Shown one piece after another: positions 17,979-27,754 of a DNA stretch of 64,000 nt. A program made the translations under genes and the position numbers. The notes under the pieces are model-generated. The model was not told the DNA's origin, ran no database searches, and saw only the letters and a list, made by a program, of their open reading frames with translations. Every line of letters begins with the position of its first letter. The stretch's first letter is position 1. The stretch comes from Alphaproteobacteria bacterium (lineage in GTDB: Bacteria > Pseudomonadota > Alphaproteobacteria > Bin95): the NCBI GenBank assembly GCA_963665325.3, contig CAXXWS020000003.1, forward strand, positions 32,001-96,000, read 5' to 3'.

Positions 17979-18775
17979 CATTCATCGACCGATTGCGGCC
18001 GCTTGCGGTCCTGATTGCGATATCCCTTCTTTACATGGGCGGGCTCGCGGCGTCCGCCCCGGCGGCGGCGATGCAGATCCTGGAGGCGGCCGACCACGCC
18101 GAGCTCGCCGCCGAAATCTCCGCGAGGGAGGTCAGCCGGATCGCGCTTGCACGCGACCGGATCGCGCGGGTGGTGCGCTCGCCGGACGGCTTCGCGGTCG
18201 AGCACGACGCCGCCTCGGGCGACCTCTATCTCAGGCCCGCGGACGCGGCGAACCCGGTCACGGCCCATGCCCCGGTCACGCTGTTCATCGGCACCGAGCG
18301 GGGCTTCACCTACCGGCTGACGCTGACGCCGGCCGAGCGGGGATCGGCGCAGATCCTGATCCGCAACCCCGGGGCCATGCCGGGCGCGGCGCAGGGCGTC
18401 GACGGCGCCGGCCCGGCATTGGCGGGCGATCCGCGGATCGCGGCGCTGGTCCGCCTGGTCCGCGCGGTGGCGCGGCGCGAGCCGCTGCCGGGGTATGCCA
18501 TCCATGCCGGGGCGATCCATGCCGGGACCATGCCGGGCGGGCTCAGGCTCATCGAGACCTGGCGGGGTCCGCGTTACCGGGCGCTGGTGCTGGAAGCGGG
18601 GCGCCTCCGCTCCGCCGGCACGCCGGATGCGGCGGGCCTCGCCGGGACCGTCGGAGCGCTTCCGGGCGCCGGGCGCGTCGCGGCGCTGTGGCTGGCGGCG
18701 CCGGGCACCGGCCCCTCGGGCGGGCGGCTCGCGGTGGCGGTGACGGAAGGCGCCGCGACCGGAGAGCCGCGATGA
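17975..18775 (+). CDS. traK: F-type T4SS secretin-like TraK
   Basis: Signal peptide, ISAREVSRI, GDLYLRP, LFIGTERGFTYRLTL. Confidence 0.88.
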   Translation: MTFIDRLRPLAVLIAISLLYMGGLAASAPAAAMQILEAADHAELAAEISAREVSRIALARDRIARVVRSPDGFAVEHDAASGDLYLRPADAANPVTAHAPVTLFIGTERGFTYRLTLTPAERGSAQILIRNPGAMPGAAQGVDGAGPALAGDPRIAALVRLVRAVARREPLPGYAIHAGAIHAGTMPGGLRLIETWRGPRYRALVLEAGRLRSAGTPDAAGLAGTVGALPGAGRVAALWLAAPGTGPSGGRLAVAVTEGAATGEPR

Positions 18776-20073
18776 ACGCGCAACGGGATCCCCGCGACGG
18801 CGCCGATCCCGGGACGGTGCGCCGGCGCCAGCTGCTGCTGTTCTCGGGCGTAGCGGCGCTCGTGCTGGTCGCGGTGGCGGCGTGGCTCGGCATGGGCGGC
18901 GGCAAGGCCCCGGCGCCGCGCAGCGGCATCGAGGCCGGGATCGCCGGACCGGACGCGGCCGAGAAGGTCTGGACGCGGCGCTCCGAGGCCCGGCTCGGCG
19001 GGATCGAGACCAAGCTGCGCGAGATGGGGCAGGAAGCGCGCCGGCTCGCCGCCGACAACGACCGGCTGCGCGCGAAGCTGGAGACCGGCGCCGCCGATGC
19101 GCGCACCGTCATCGACCGCCAGGCGGCGATGATCGGCGAGCTGGAACGCCGCCTTCAGCCGCCCGGGCAGACGGGCAATGGCCCGGGCAATGGCCCGGGC
19201 AATGCGCCGGGTGGAGACGGGTATTTCCGGGTGCCGGCGACGGCGCCCTCGACCGGCGGCCACGGACAGACGCAGCCCGTCGCGCCCGCGCCGATGATCG
19301 AGACCTTCGAGCTGACGGACAGTCCGCGGTCGTCCGCAGCCGATCCCCGCAGCGGCCCGGAACTCGTGGCCGATGCGGTGGCGAAGCCGGTCTCGGTATG
19401 GCTGCCGGCGGGCGCCCATGCGCAAGCCGTGGTGCTGGCCGGCGTCGACGCCTCGGCGGGCGTGTCGTCCCAGGGCGATCCGCGTCCGGTGCTGCTGCGC
19501 ATCGCCGGCCCGGCCTGGACGGCGGCCGAGGACGGTGTCGCGCTCGCCGTCGACATCGACGGCTGCACCGTGACGGGTGCGGCCCATGGCGACCTCTCCT
19601 CGGAGAAGGTTTATGTGCGCTTCCGCACCATGACCTGTGCCGGGCCGCGTCCGGGCACGGTGGTCGAGACGCCGGTGGCGGGCTTCGTCGCCGGCTCGGG
19701 CAAGACCGGGGTGCGCGGTCCGGTGGTGAGCCGCGAGGGGGCGCTGGTCGAGAAGGCCTTCCTCGCCGGCACGATCTCCGGCGTCGGCCAGGGCGTGGCG
19801 CAGGCCTTCCAGCCGCAGGCGGTGGCGACCGGCGGGGGCGCCGCGGTCGCCAACACCGCGCTCGGCGACATCGGCCGGGCCGGTCTCGGCGCCGGGGCGT
19901 CCTCGGCCGGGCAGAAGGTGGCCGACTACATGATCCGGCGCGCCGAGCAGTACCAGCCGGTGATCCAGCTCCAGGCCGGGACGAAGGTGACGCTGGTGTT
20001 CCTCGAAGGCGCGCGCATCGACGGGCGCGCCGTGCAACCCCGACAGACGCAAACCTCCCGGGGAGGGAAATGA
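18772..20073 (+). CDS. traB: F-type T4SS TraB (VirB10-like)
   Basis: TM plus coiled coil; LPAG...GVDA, GDLSSEKVYVR, GPVVSREG, AEQYQPVI. Confidence 0.92.
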   Translation: MNAQRDPRDGADPGTVRRRQLLLFSGVAALVLVAVAAWLGMGGGKAPAPRSGIEAGIAGPDAAEKVWTRRSEARLGGIETKLREMGQEARRLAADNDRLRAKLETGAADARTVIDRQAAMIGELERRLQPPGQTGNGPGNGPGNAPGGDGYFRVPATAPSTGGHGQTQPVAPAPMIETFELTDSPRSSAADPRSGPELVADAVAKPVSVWLPAGAHAQAVVLAGVDASAGVSSQGDPRPVLLRIAGPAWTAAEDGVALAVDIDGCTVTGAAHGDLSSEKVYVRFRTMTCAGPRPGTVVETPVAGFVAGSGKTGVRGPVVSREGALVEKAFLAGTISGVGQGVAQAFQPQAVATGGGAAVANTALGDIGRAGLGAGASSAGQKVADYMIRRAEQYQPVIQLQAGTKVTLVFLEGARIDGRAVQPRQTQTSRGGK

Positions 20074-20074
20074 C

Positions 20075-20680
20075 ATGACGCACGAAACGAACCACGCGCG
20101 GCATCGCTCGGCAATCCCGGCCGTCGCGCTCGCGGCCCTGCTGCTGGCGGGCTGCTCGTCGGGGCATGTCGGCGAGGACTGGCAGTGCCCGCTGGCCGCG
20201 GGCGGCGCCTGCGACAGCGTCGCCGCGGCCGATCCGGCGGTGCCGGACCCGGGCAAGGCCGGAAACGCGGTCCTCGCGGAGCCGCTCTACCGGGTGCGGG
20301 GTGGCGCCGGGGGAGCCGGCGCGCCGTCCGGAAAGCCGCTCTGCGCGGCGGGATGCGGCGCGGGGCTCGATCCCTTCGGCTGGCTCACGCGGCTGTTCGG
20401 AGCGGAGGATGGCGGCGGCGCGCGCCCCGGCCAAGAGCCTGGCACGGTCGCGCGGACGGGTGCCGGGGACTCCCCGAAGTCGGGGGCCGAGGAAACGTCG
20501 GCTGGGTCGCAACGGGTCGAAACCGCGTCGACCGGTCACGATGCGGGCGGCGACGATCTCCGCAGCGGCGAAGTCGTCGCGCGCGTCTGGATCGCGCCCT
20601 TCGTCGATGCCGACGGCGTCTATCGCGAGGCGTCCCATGTCCGGGTGGTGCTGGAGCCGGCCGGCTGGAGGTTGAAGTGA
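20075..20680 (+). CDS. traV: F-type T4SS lipoprotein TraV
   Basis: Lipobox LLAGC, paired Cys, RVWIAPFVDADG. Confidence 0.88.
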   Translation: MTHETNHARHRSAIPAVALAALLLAGCSSGHVGEDWQCPLAAGGACDSVAAADPAVPDPGKAGNAVLAEPLYRVRGGAGGAGAPSGKPLCAAGCGAGLDPFGWLTRLFGAEDGGGARPGQEPGTVARTGAGDSPKSGAEETSAGSQRVETASTGHDAGGDDLRSGEVVARVWIAPFVDADGVYREASHVRVVLEPAGWRLK

Positions 20681-23238
20681 GCCCGCCCGCCGCCGGGCCC
20701 GGACGCCTGCTGGAGCTGTTCGAGGGGCCGGAGGCGCCGGGTCCCTGGTCACCGCCCCCGATGCCGGCCGCGCTGCACGCGCTGCTGCCCTGGCGCGCGT
20801 TCGACGAGGCGAGCGAGCTCCATGTCAACGCCGCCAGCACCGGCTTCGTGCTGGAGCTGCCGCCCTTCGCCGGCATCGACGCCGAGACCCTGGGCGCGCT
20901 CTCGGGCACGCTCGCCGACGCCGCGCCCGAGCGCTGCACCATACAGGTCGTCCACTGGGCGAGCCCGCGCTTCGGCGCGGCAAGCCGGGCCTGGGCGGAG
21001 CCGCGCGGCGACGCCGGGGGCGCGCTCGCCAGGATGGGTTCGCGCCGCCGCGACCTGCTCGCCCCGGGCGGCTGGCGCAGGCTGCATGAAGGAGGGCCGC
21101 CCTTCACCCTCTCGGACTACCGGGTGTTCGTCACCGCCTGTCTGGTGGGCGGTCCCGGCCCGGCCGCGGAGACCGCGCTCGGCGCCTTCCGCCGCGCGCT
21201 CGAAGGTACGCTGGCCTCCGCAGGCGCGCAGACCCGGCGTCTGGAGCCGGACGGGCTGCTGTCGCTCGCGGCCGAGCTGATCGTGCCCGATGTGCATGGC
21301 GAGCGCGACGGCGGGACCGAGCGCCCGGCGCGGCGCTGGTCGCCGCGCGACCCGCTGCACGAGCAATGCATCGCCCCGGGGCGCGCGCTCACCGTGACGC
21401 CGACCGGCCTCACCTTCCATCATCCGGACGGAGAAGACATTGCCGTGCGGGTGCTGTCGGCCGTCGCCTTCCCCGAGGTCTGGCCGGGTTGGCGCGGCAA
21501 CGCGCTGATCGGCGATTTCCACCGCGACTTCCTCCAGCCCGGCTGCCCCGTGCTGACCTGCCTCACCGTGGTCACCGGCGACGAGGCGGCGGGCGAGAAG
21601 GCGTTCCTGAAGTCGGCCCGCGCGACCCAGCAGGCCGGCACCGGCATCGCCCGATACCTGCCCGGCCTGCCGGAGAAGGCGCGCGACTGGCAGGCGGTCA
21701 CCGAGCGGCTCAAGGACGGCGAGCGGCTGGTGCGGGCCTGCTACATGGCGGCGGTCTATGCCCCGCTGGACGCGCTCGACGAGGCCGAGCAGGCGGTGCG
21801 CGCGATCTATCACGGCCAGGGCTGGCGGGTGAACGCCGAGCGCTACATGCAGCTGCCGTCATGGCTCGCCTGCCTGCCCATGGCCTCGGCCGGCGGCCTC
21901 GACGCCGATCTCGAGCGCATGGGCCGTATGAAGACCCTGCTGACCGCCTCGGCGGTCAACCTCGCGCCGCTCCACGGCGAGTGGCGGGGCCAGCCGACGA
22001 ACCCGGACAACCCGCCCGCCCTGTTCCTGATCGGGCGGCGCGGGCAGCCGGCCTGCTGGTCGCCCTTCGCCAACGAGGCGGGCAACTACAACGTGGCCGT
22101 CACGGGGAAGTCGGGCTCCGGCAAGTCGGTGCTGATGCAGGAGCTGGTCACCGGCCTGATCGGCGCCGGCGGCGAGGCCGTGGTGATCGACGACGGGCGC
22201 TCCTTCCAGCACACGGCGGAAGCGCTCGGCGGCGCCTTCATCGCGTTCGGCAAGGATCCCGCCTGCCTCAACCCCTTCGCCATGATCGACGCCGGAACGG
22301 CGGAGCATGACGGCGATTACCGCGAGGAATGTTTCGCCATGCTCGCCGGCGTGATCGGGCGCATGGCAAGGCGAAGGGGCGGGATCGACGACATCGAGGC
22401 GGCGCTGATCGCCGAAGCCATCGCGGCTGCCTGGGACGAGGCTGGCAACGACGCCGATCTCGGCACCGTCCGGAAGAACCTGGAGGGCCGCGACGATCGG
22501 CGTGCGAAGGACATGGCGACCGCGCTCGGCCCCTGGTGCCCGGGCGGGGCGATGGGGCGGCTGTTCGCGGGCTCGAACGTGCCGGACCTGGAGAACGCCA
22601 TGACGGTGTTCGAGCTCGCGGAGCTCAAGGGAAGGGGCGACGTGCAGGCGGTGGTTCTGATGCTGGTGGTCTTCCTCGCCACCCAGCGCATGTATCACGG
22701 CCCCCGCACAAGGGCGAAGGCGATCGTCATCGACGAGGCCTGGGACCTGCTCTCCGGCGAGGACAGCAAGTCCTTCCTGGAAGGCGCCGCGAGACGGGCG
22801 AGGAAGTACCGCGGCGCGCTCATTACCGGCACCCAGAGCGTCAACGACTACTACGCCAACCCGGCCGCGCGCGCGGCCTGGGAGAACTCGGACTGGGTGA
22901 TCTTCCTCGCCCAGAAGGACGAGTCGGTCGAGCTGCTGAAATCCGAGAAGCGCATCCACTGCGATCCCGGCATGGAGCGCGCGCTCAAGAGCCTGACCAC
23001 CGCCGACGGCCGCTATGCCGAGCTGGTGCTGCACGGTCCCGACGGCTGGCGCGTCGCCCGCCTCGTGCTCGATGCCTGGTCGGTGGCGCTGTTCTCCTCG
23101 CGCGGCCCCGCCTTCGCGGCGGTGGAGACCCTCAAGGCGGAGGGACTCTCCACCGTCGAGGCCATCGACCGGCTCGCGGGCAACGCCCCCGCCGCTACCG
23201 GACATTCCGATCCACCTGAAACGGAGGCAAACGCATGA
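20677..23238 (+). CDS. traC: F-type T4SS ATPase TraC (VirB4)
   Basis: NYNVAVTGKSGSGKS Walker A, IDEAW Walker B, RRARKY; start GTG 20677 or ATG 20761. Confidence 0.95.
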   Translation: MSPPAAGPGRLLELFEGPEAPGPWSPPPMPAALHALLPWRAFDEASELHVNAASTGFVLELPPFAGIDAETLGALSGTLADAAPERCTIQVVHWASPRFGAASRAWAEPRGDAGGALARMGSRRRDLLAPGGWRRLHEGGPPFTLSDYRVFVTACLVGGPGPAAETALGAFRRALEGTLASAGAQTRRLEPDGLLSLAAELIVPDVHGERDGGTERPARRWSPRDPLHEQCIAPGRALTVTPTGLTFHHPDGEDIAVRVLSAVAFPEVWPGWRGNALIGDFHRDFLQPGCPVLTCLTVVTGDEAAGEKAFLKSARATQQAGTGIARYLPGLPEKARDWQAVTERLKDGERLVRACYMAAVYAPLDALDEAEQAVRAIYHGQGWRVNAERYMQLPSWLACLPMASAGGLDADLERMGRMKTLLTASAVNLAPLHGEWRGQPTNPDNPPALFLIGRRGQPACWSPFANEAGNYNVAVTGKSGSGKSVLMQELVTGLIGAGGEAVVIDDGRSFQHTAEALGGAFIAFGKDPACLNPFAMIDAGTAEHDGDYREECFAMLAGVIGRMARRRGGIDDIEAALIAEAIAAAWDEAGNDADLGTVRKNLEGRDDRRAKDMATALGPWCPGGAMGRLFAGSNVPDLENAMTVFELAELKGRGDVQAVVLMLVVFLATQRMYHGPRTRAKAIVIDEAWDLLSGEDSKSFLEGAARRARKYRGALITGTQSVNDYYANPAARAAWENSDWVIFLAQKDESVELLKSEKRIHCDPGMERALKSLTTADGRYAELVLHGPDGWRVARLVLDAWSVALFSSRGPAFAAVETLKAEGLSTVEAIDRLAGNAPAATGHSDPPETEANA

Positions 23239-23924
23239 GCTCCACGCGAAGCCCGGCAGGCACACAATCCCCGCTCAACTGGCCGGACGACCCCGAGACC
23301 GTGACGGCGGCCGATATCGACTTCGAGGCGCTGGCCCATGTGCTGGCCAACACCTGCCGCCGGGGCGGCTGCTGCCGGCAGTACCACTCGGTCGCGGCGC
23401 ACGCGGTAATCGTCTCGGAGGAGATCGAGGCGCTCGACGGGCTCGGGGACGAAGACCGGCGGCAGCTCGCGCTGCATGCCCTTCTGGCGCCCGCGCCGTC
23501 GGCATGGCTTCGGGGCCGCCTGCCCGACTCGCAGCGGGCGGCGGAGCCCGGATCGCGGGGAGCCGGCCCCGGCCCGCGAGCCGGGGGGCCAGGACGCGCC
23601 GGAAGGCTGGCCACGGGGATCGAGACCGCAGTGCGCGAGGCCGCCGGGCTCGGTGCGGTGCTGGACGAGGAACATGGCGAGCTTCTGCGATTCGTGACCC
23701 GCATGGCGGCCGCCGCCGAGCGCCGCGACGTTATGGACGGGAATGCCGCCGCGGGCGCCGGCGTGGCCTTCCCGCCGCTGAAGCGGCGCATCCGCGGCAT
23801 GGCCCCCGACAGGGCGGCGGAGGCCTGGCTCGCCCGCTTCCGGGCGCTGGCGGGAGACAGGGCTTCGGCTCCGCGCGTTGGCGGCGCTCCGGCGGAGGAC
23901 AGTGCGGATGCGCCGGCGTCCTGA
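23235..23924 (+). CDS. YfbR-like HD-fold protein, apparently lacking the HD dyad
   Basis: DFEALAHVLANTCRRGG...YHSVAAHAVIVS matches the family N-terminus, but the expected LLHDA reads LLAPA. Confidence 0.65.
   Translation: MSSTRSPAGTQSPLNWPDDPETVTAADIDFEALAHVLANTCRRGGCCRQYHSVAAHAVIVSEEIEALDGLGDEDRRQLALHALLAPAPSAWLRGRLPDSQRAAEPGSRGAGPGPRAGGPGRAGRLATGIETAVREAAGLGAVLDEEHGELLRFVTRMAAAAERRDVMDGNAAAGAGVAFPPLKRRIRGMAPDRAAEAWLARFRALAGDRASAPRVGGAPAEDSADAPAS
23547..23588. repeat. 42-bp palindromic repeat within coding sequence, copy 2
   Basis: Near-identical to 13564-13605; encodes PGSRGAGPGPRAGG. Confidence 0.75.
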
Positions 23925-24318
23925 AGCTGACGGGCGGTCCGATCCGGCCTGGCCGGCGATGGTGTCCGCGGTGCTGCTCTCGGGCGCGGTGGCGGCGGCG
24001 GTCGCGGCGGCAACGCTGCGCTACGGGATCGAATCGCCGCCGGGCATCGCCGGCGTCCGGCTTGCGCAGATGACTGCGGCCTGGACGACGCGGGCGGCAG
24101 CCGAAGGCCGGTCGGCGGCGGAGGTGCGCGCCTGGGGCGCGGCGCTGGAGACCGCGCTGGACCGGGTGGCGCACGATCACGGCGTGGTGCTGCTGCCGGC
24201 CCGGGCGGTCGCCGCCGGGGCGCCGGACCTGACGCCGCAGGTCGAGGCGGCGCTCGCCGAAACCCTTGCGCGGAAGCCGGGCGGGGAAGCCGGCGCCCCG
24301 CGGGGAGCGGTCCGGTGA
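23908..24318 (+). CDS. trbI: F-type TrbI
   Basis: N-terminal TM, HGVVLLPARAVAAGAPDLT; position between traC and traW. Confidence 0.8.
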   Translation: MRRRPEADGRSDPAWPAMVSAVLLSGAVAAAVAAATLRYGIESPPGIAGVRLAQMTAAWTTRAAAEGRSAAEVRAWGAALETALDRVAHDHGVVLLPARAVAAGAPDLTPQVEAALAETLARKPGGEAGAPRGAVR

Positions 24319-24902
24319 GCGCGCCGCGCCCGATATTCAACCTGCGGGCGGACAGGCAGCGCCGCCGCCATGTAGGCCTGGTGGTCATGATCGCCCTGGC
24401 GGCACTCTGGATCGGCCTCGCCTCGCGCGTGCATGTCAACGCCAGCTGGTCGGACGAAGCCTGGGGCTATGCCGCCCTGCCGCTGTTCGGCGAAGACCCG
24501 GAGATCGGCGACCGGGTGCTGTTCGATCCTCCCGAAGCGCTGGAATCCCGGGTTCCGTATCTGAAGACCGTGCGCGGCGTGCCGGGCATGGCGGTCGCGG
24601 TCGCGGAAGACGGGACGGTCAGTCTCGACGGCGTCGCGGTCGGCCGCGCAAAGACCAATGCCCTCGACGGGCGCCCGCTCGCGGCGGTCGCGCCGGGGAT
24701 CGTTCCGCCCGGATATTACTTCCTTCACGCCGACCATCGCGACAGTCACGACAGCCGCTACGCCGAAATCGGCCTGGTGCCGCGTTCGCGCATTCTCGGC
24801 CGCGCGATTGCCCTGCCGAACCTGCCCTGGCTCGGCCTCAAGGGGCCGCTGGTCGGGCCGGAAGATGTCCGGCCGGACCCGAAACCGGAGGCGTGGCGAT
24901 GA
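24315..24902 (+). CDS. S26 conjugative signal peptidase (TrhF-like pilin-processing peptidase)
   Basis: VNASWS, YLKTVRGVPG, DSHDSRY..IGLV motifs. Confidence 0.88.
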   Translation: MSAPRPIFNLRADRQRRRHVGLVVMIALAALWIGLASRVHVNASWSDEAWGYAALPLFGEDPEIGDRVLFDPPEALESRVPYLKTVRGVPGMAVAVAEDGTVSLDGVAVGRAKTNALDGRPLAAVAPGIVPPGYYFLHADHRDSHDSRYAEIGLVPRSRILGRAIALPNLPWLGLKGPLVGPEDVRPDPKPEAWR

Positions 24903-25606
24903 GACGGTCGGCAACCCTGTTGCTTGCTGCCCTGCTCGCGGCGCCGGCACCAGGCGCATCGGCGAAGGACCTGGGCGTGCGCGGCGCGACCTGGCCGGTG
25001 GCGGAGCCCGACCTGCTGCTCGAAATAGAGACGCGGCTCCTGAAGATGCAGCGCTCGGGCGAGCTGGCGCGGCTGGAGGACGAGGCCCGCACCCGCGCCC
25101 GCCGGAAGCTGGAGACGCCGGACCCGGTTCCCGGTATCGCGCCGGCGCGGGAGCAACGCAGCCGCCTGTTCGATTCCTCGATCGCGGTCGCGCAGGACAT
25201 CCGCACGCCGGACGGCACTCTCATCGCCGCCGCCGGCACGAGGGTCAACCCGCTGGAGCGCTTGCCGCTGACGCGCGACCTGATCTTCGTCGACGGCAGG
25301 CGCGAGGCGGAGATCGCCTGGGCGCTCGGCCATGACCGGCCCGCGAAGATCGTGCTGCTCGCCGGGCGCCCGCTCGACCTGATGCGCCGCCATCGTCGGC
25401 CCTTCTTCTTCGATACCGGCGGCAGGCTCGCCGCGCGCTTCGGTATCGCCGCGACGCCCACGCTGGTCCAACAGGATGGCGTTCGACTGCGCCTTACCGA
25501 AATCCCGGTTGTGGGTCGGGCGGGGCCGCAGTCCGGCCAATGCGATGGCGATACGCAACCCACCGAATCATTGAAACCGACAGCGAGGGGAGAAAAGCCA
25601 TGCTGA
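24899..25606 (+). CDS. traW: F-type TraW
   Basis: KDLGVRGATWPVAEPD, GTRVNPL, FFDTGG. Confidence 0.93.
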   Translation: MRRSATLLLAALLAAPAPGASAKDLGVRGATWPVAEPDLLLEIETRLLKMQRSGELARLEDEARTRARRKLETPDPVPGIAPAREQRSRLFDSSIAVAQDIRTPDGTLIAAAGTRVNPLERLPLTRDLIFVDGRREAEIAWALGHDRPAKIVLLAGRPLDLMRRHRRPFFFDTGGRLAARFGIAATPTLVQQDGVRLRLTEIPVVGRAGPQSGQCDGDTQPTESLKPTARGEKPC

Positions 25607-25986
25607 CCGTGAACCGCGCGACCCTGGTGGGCCATGCCGGGCGCGACCCCGAGATCCGTTCCCTGCCGAACGGCGGCAGGGCGGCGACCTTCCCGCTCGC
25701 CACCGCCGAAAAATGGACCGACCGGGAGGGCAAGCCCGTGGAGGCCACCGACTGGCATCGCATCGTGGTCTACGGCGCGGCCGTCGAGATCGTCGGGACC
25801 ATGCTGCGCAGGGGCGATCCGGTCATGGTCGAGGGCCGCATCGTTACCCGGCAATATCAGGATCGCGAGGGTGCCGACCGCACCGTCACCGAAATCGTCG
25901 TCGCCGGGCCCCAGGGCATGGTCAACATCCTCAGCCCGAGGAAGGCGGAGCATGGCGACGCCGCGGCAACCGGGTCCATCGCATGA
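25600..25986 (+). CDS. ssb: Single-stranded DNA-binding protein without acidic C-terminal tip
   Basis: VNRATLVGHAGRDPE, TDWHRIV, VEGRI.TRQYQD. Confidence 0.9.
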   Translation: MLTVNRATLVGHAGRDPEIRSLPNGGRAATFPLATAEKWTDREGKPVEATDWHRIVVYGAAVEIVGTMLRRGDPVMVEGRIVTRQYQDREGADRTVTEIVVAGPQGMVNILSPRKAEHGDAAATGSIA

Positions 25987-26984
25987 TCCGCCGCTTCCTC
26001 GCCGTCTGCGCGGTCGTGCTGGCGTCCGCCCTGTGGGCCGGCCCGGCCTCGGCGCAGAGCTGCACCGGCCGGTTCGTGAACCCGATCTCGGACGTCTGCT
26101 GGGAATGCCTGTTCCCGATCTCGATCGGCCCGCTCACCATCGGCAGCACCGGCGGCGTCACGGATACGCCGAACCCGTCCTCGCCGATCTGCTTCTGCGG
26201 CTCCCCCATCCCCCGCATCGGCCTCTCGCTCGGGGTGTGGGAGCCGGCACGGCTGGTCGATGTCACCAGAACCCCCTGGTGCTTCCCCAATCTGGGCGGC
26301 CTCACCATCGATCCCGGCCTGCCCGCCGCGCGGGGCCGCACCGGGTCGTCGGGCGGCGACGGGGCGAAGGGCTCGGTCTGGCATGCGCACTATTACATGT
26401 ATCCGCTCTTGTCCTGGATCGGCGTGCTGCTCGATCTCGGCTGCCTGGAAGGCGGAAGCCTCGACATCGCCTGGGTCTCGGAACTCGACCCGGCCTGGCT
26501 CGACGACGAGCTGTCGTTCCTGCTCAACCCGGAGGCGGCGCTGTTCGCCAACCTGCCGGCGCAGGCGGCCTGCGCCGCCGACTGCGCGGCGGCCTCGGTC
26601 GGCCTGCCGCAGGACGGTCTGTTCTGGTGCGCGGGCTGCCAGGGCGGGATGTATCCGCTGACCGGCAACGTGGCGGCCCATGTGGGCGGCGTGCAGGCCT
26701 CGCTGCTGGCGGCCCAGCGCCTGGTCTACCGCCTGCACCGCGCCGGCCTCGCCTGGGGCACCTCGGGCTCGGCCGCGCTCTGCGGTCGCTACCCGATGCC
26801 GGTGATGAAGAAGTCGCAGTACCGCTGGCAGATGACCGAGCCGGTGCCGGCGACCACGCCCGCGACCGGCTGCAACCCGACCGGACGCTCCTCGGTGCTC
26901 TGGGAATCGCTCCGCGAGCTGCCGGTCTCCGGCGAGAGCTTCGGCTACCTGCTGTGGAGAAAACGATCGTGCTGTCTTTTGTGA
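25983..26984 (+). CDS. traU: F-type TraU
   Basis: CTGRFVNPISDVCWECLFPISIG, WEP, Cys-rich, WRKRSCC. Confidence 0.95.
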   Translation: MIRRFLAVCAVVLASALWAGPASAQSCTGRFVNPISDVCWECLFPISIGPLTIGSTGGVTDTPNPSSPICFCGSPIPRIGLSLGVWEPARLVDVTRTPWCFPNLGGLTIDPGLPAARGRTGSSGGDGAKGSVWHAHYYMYPLLSWIGVLLDLGCLEGGSLDIAWVSELDPAWLDDELSFLLNPEAALFANLPAQAACAADCAAASVGLPQDGLFWCAGCQGGMYPLTGNVAAHVGGVQASLLAAQRLVYRLHRAGLAWGTSGSAALCGRYPMPVMKKSQYRWQMTEPVPATTPATGCNPTGRSSVLWESLRELPVSGESFGYLLWRKRSCCLL

Positions 26985-27025
26985 ACCCGATGAAACGCAA
27001 TGACAGACACGACCCTGAAAAGACC

Positions 27026-27754
27026 ATGACGACGCTCTCTTCACCCTTCCGGACCGCCCTCCTGCTCACGGCCATGCTGGCGCTCGGCGCCTGCGCCTGT
27101 CCGGCGCGGGCCGGCGAAATGCCCGCCGCAGGCCCCGAAGCCGAGGCATCGCGCCTCGTTGAGGAGGTCATGCGCAAGGCGGGAGACGACTCGCTCGGGG
27201 CCTGGACGCGTTCCATCATCGACCGCGCACTGAAACGCGCCGGGGAGTCCGCGCGGCGGACGGTTCCCGGACAGGCCGTACCCCTTCCGGCCGAACGCCA
27301 TGCGCGTGCATTGACTACCCGGCGGCCGTCCACGGCGGAAGTGCTCATCTTCACCAGCCTTTCGGTCCCGGCGGCGAGCTGGCGGCAATGGGCGAATGAC
27401 GCGGCCCGGACGGCTGTGCCGCTGGTGCTGCGCGGTGTCGGTGCGGGCGGTCTGCGGCAGACGGCCGGGGTGATCGGCGCCCGGCTCGGTGGCCACGATC
27501 CGGGCATCGCGATCGATCCGCGCCTGTTCCGCCTGTTCGGCGTCGAACGGGTGCCCGCCGTTGTCGTCGTGCCCGGCGGCGTGCCGCCCTGCGAGAGCCG
27601 CGGCTGCTCAGAGGACCCTGCCCCGCCGCACGATCTGATCGCCGGCAATATCGGTCTCGTCGCCGCGCTGGAGGCGGTCGCCGCGGAAGGCGATGCCGGT
27701 CGCGCGGCCGCGAAAAGGCATCTCGAACGGCTGAGAAAGGGAAACGGGCCATGA
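27026..27754 (+). CDS. trbC: F-type pilus assembly protein TrbC
   Basis: IFTSLSVP, LVLRG, IDPRLFRLFGVERVPA, IAGNI; alternative start 26990. Confidence 0.9.
   Translation: MTTLSSPFRTALLLTAMLALGACACPARAGEMPAAGPEAEASRLVEEVMRKAGDDSLGAWTRSIIDRALKRAGESARRTVPGQAVPLPAERHARALTTRRPSTAEVLIFTSLSVPAASWRQWANDAARTAVPLVLRGVGAGGLRQTAGVIGARLGGHDPGIAIDPRLFRLFGVERVPAVVVVPGGVPPCESRGCSEDPAPPHDLIAGNIGLVAALEAVAAEGDAGRAAAKRHLERLRKGNGP

Noticed and set aside
19173-19210. 12-bp tandem repeat in traB (GNGP units)
   Set aside because: In-frame low-complexity linker, common in TraB/VirB10.
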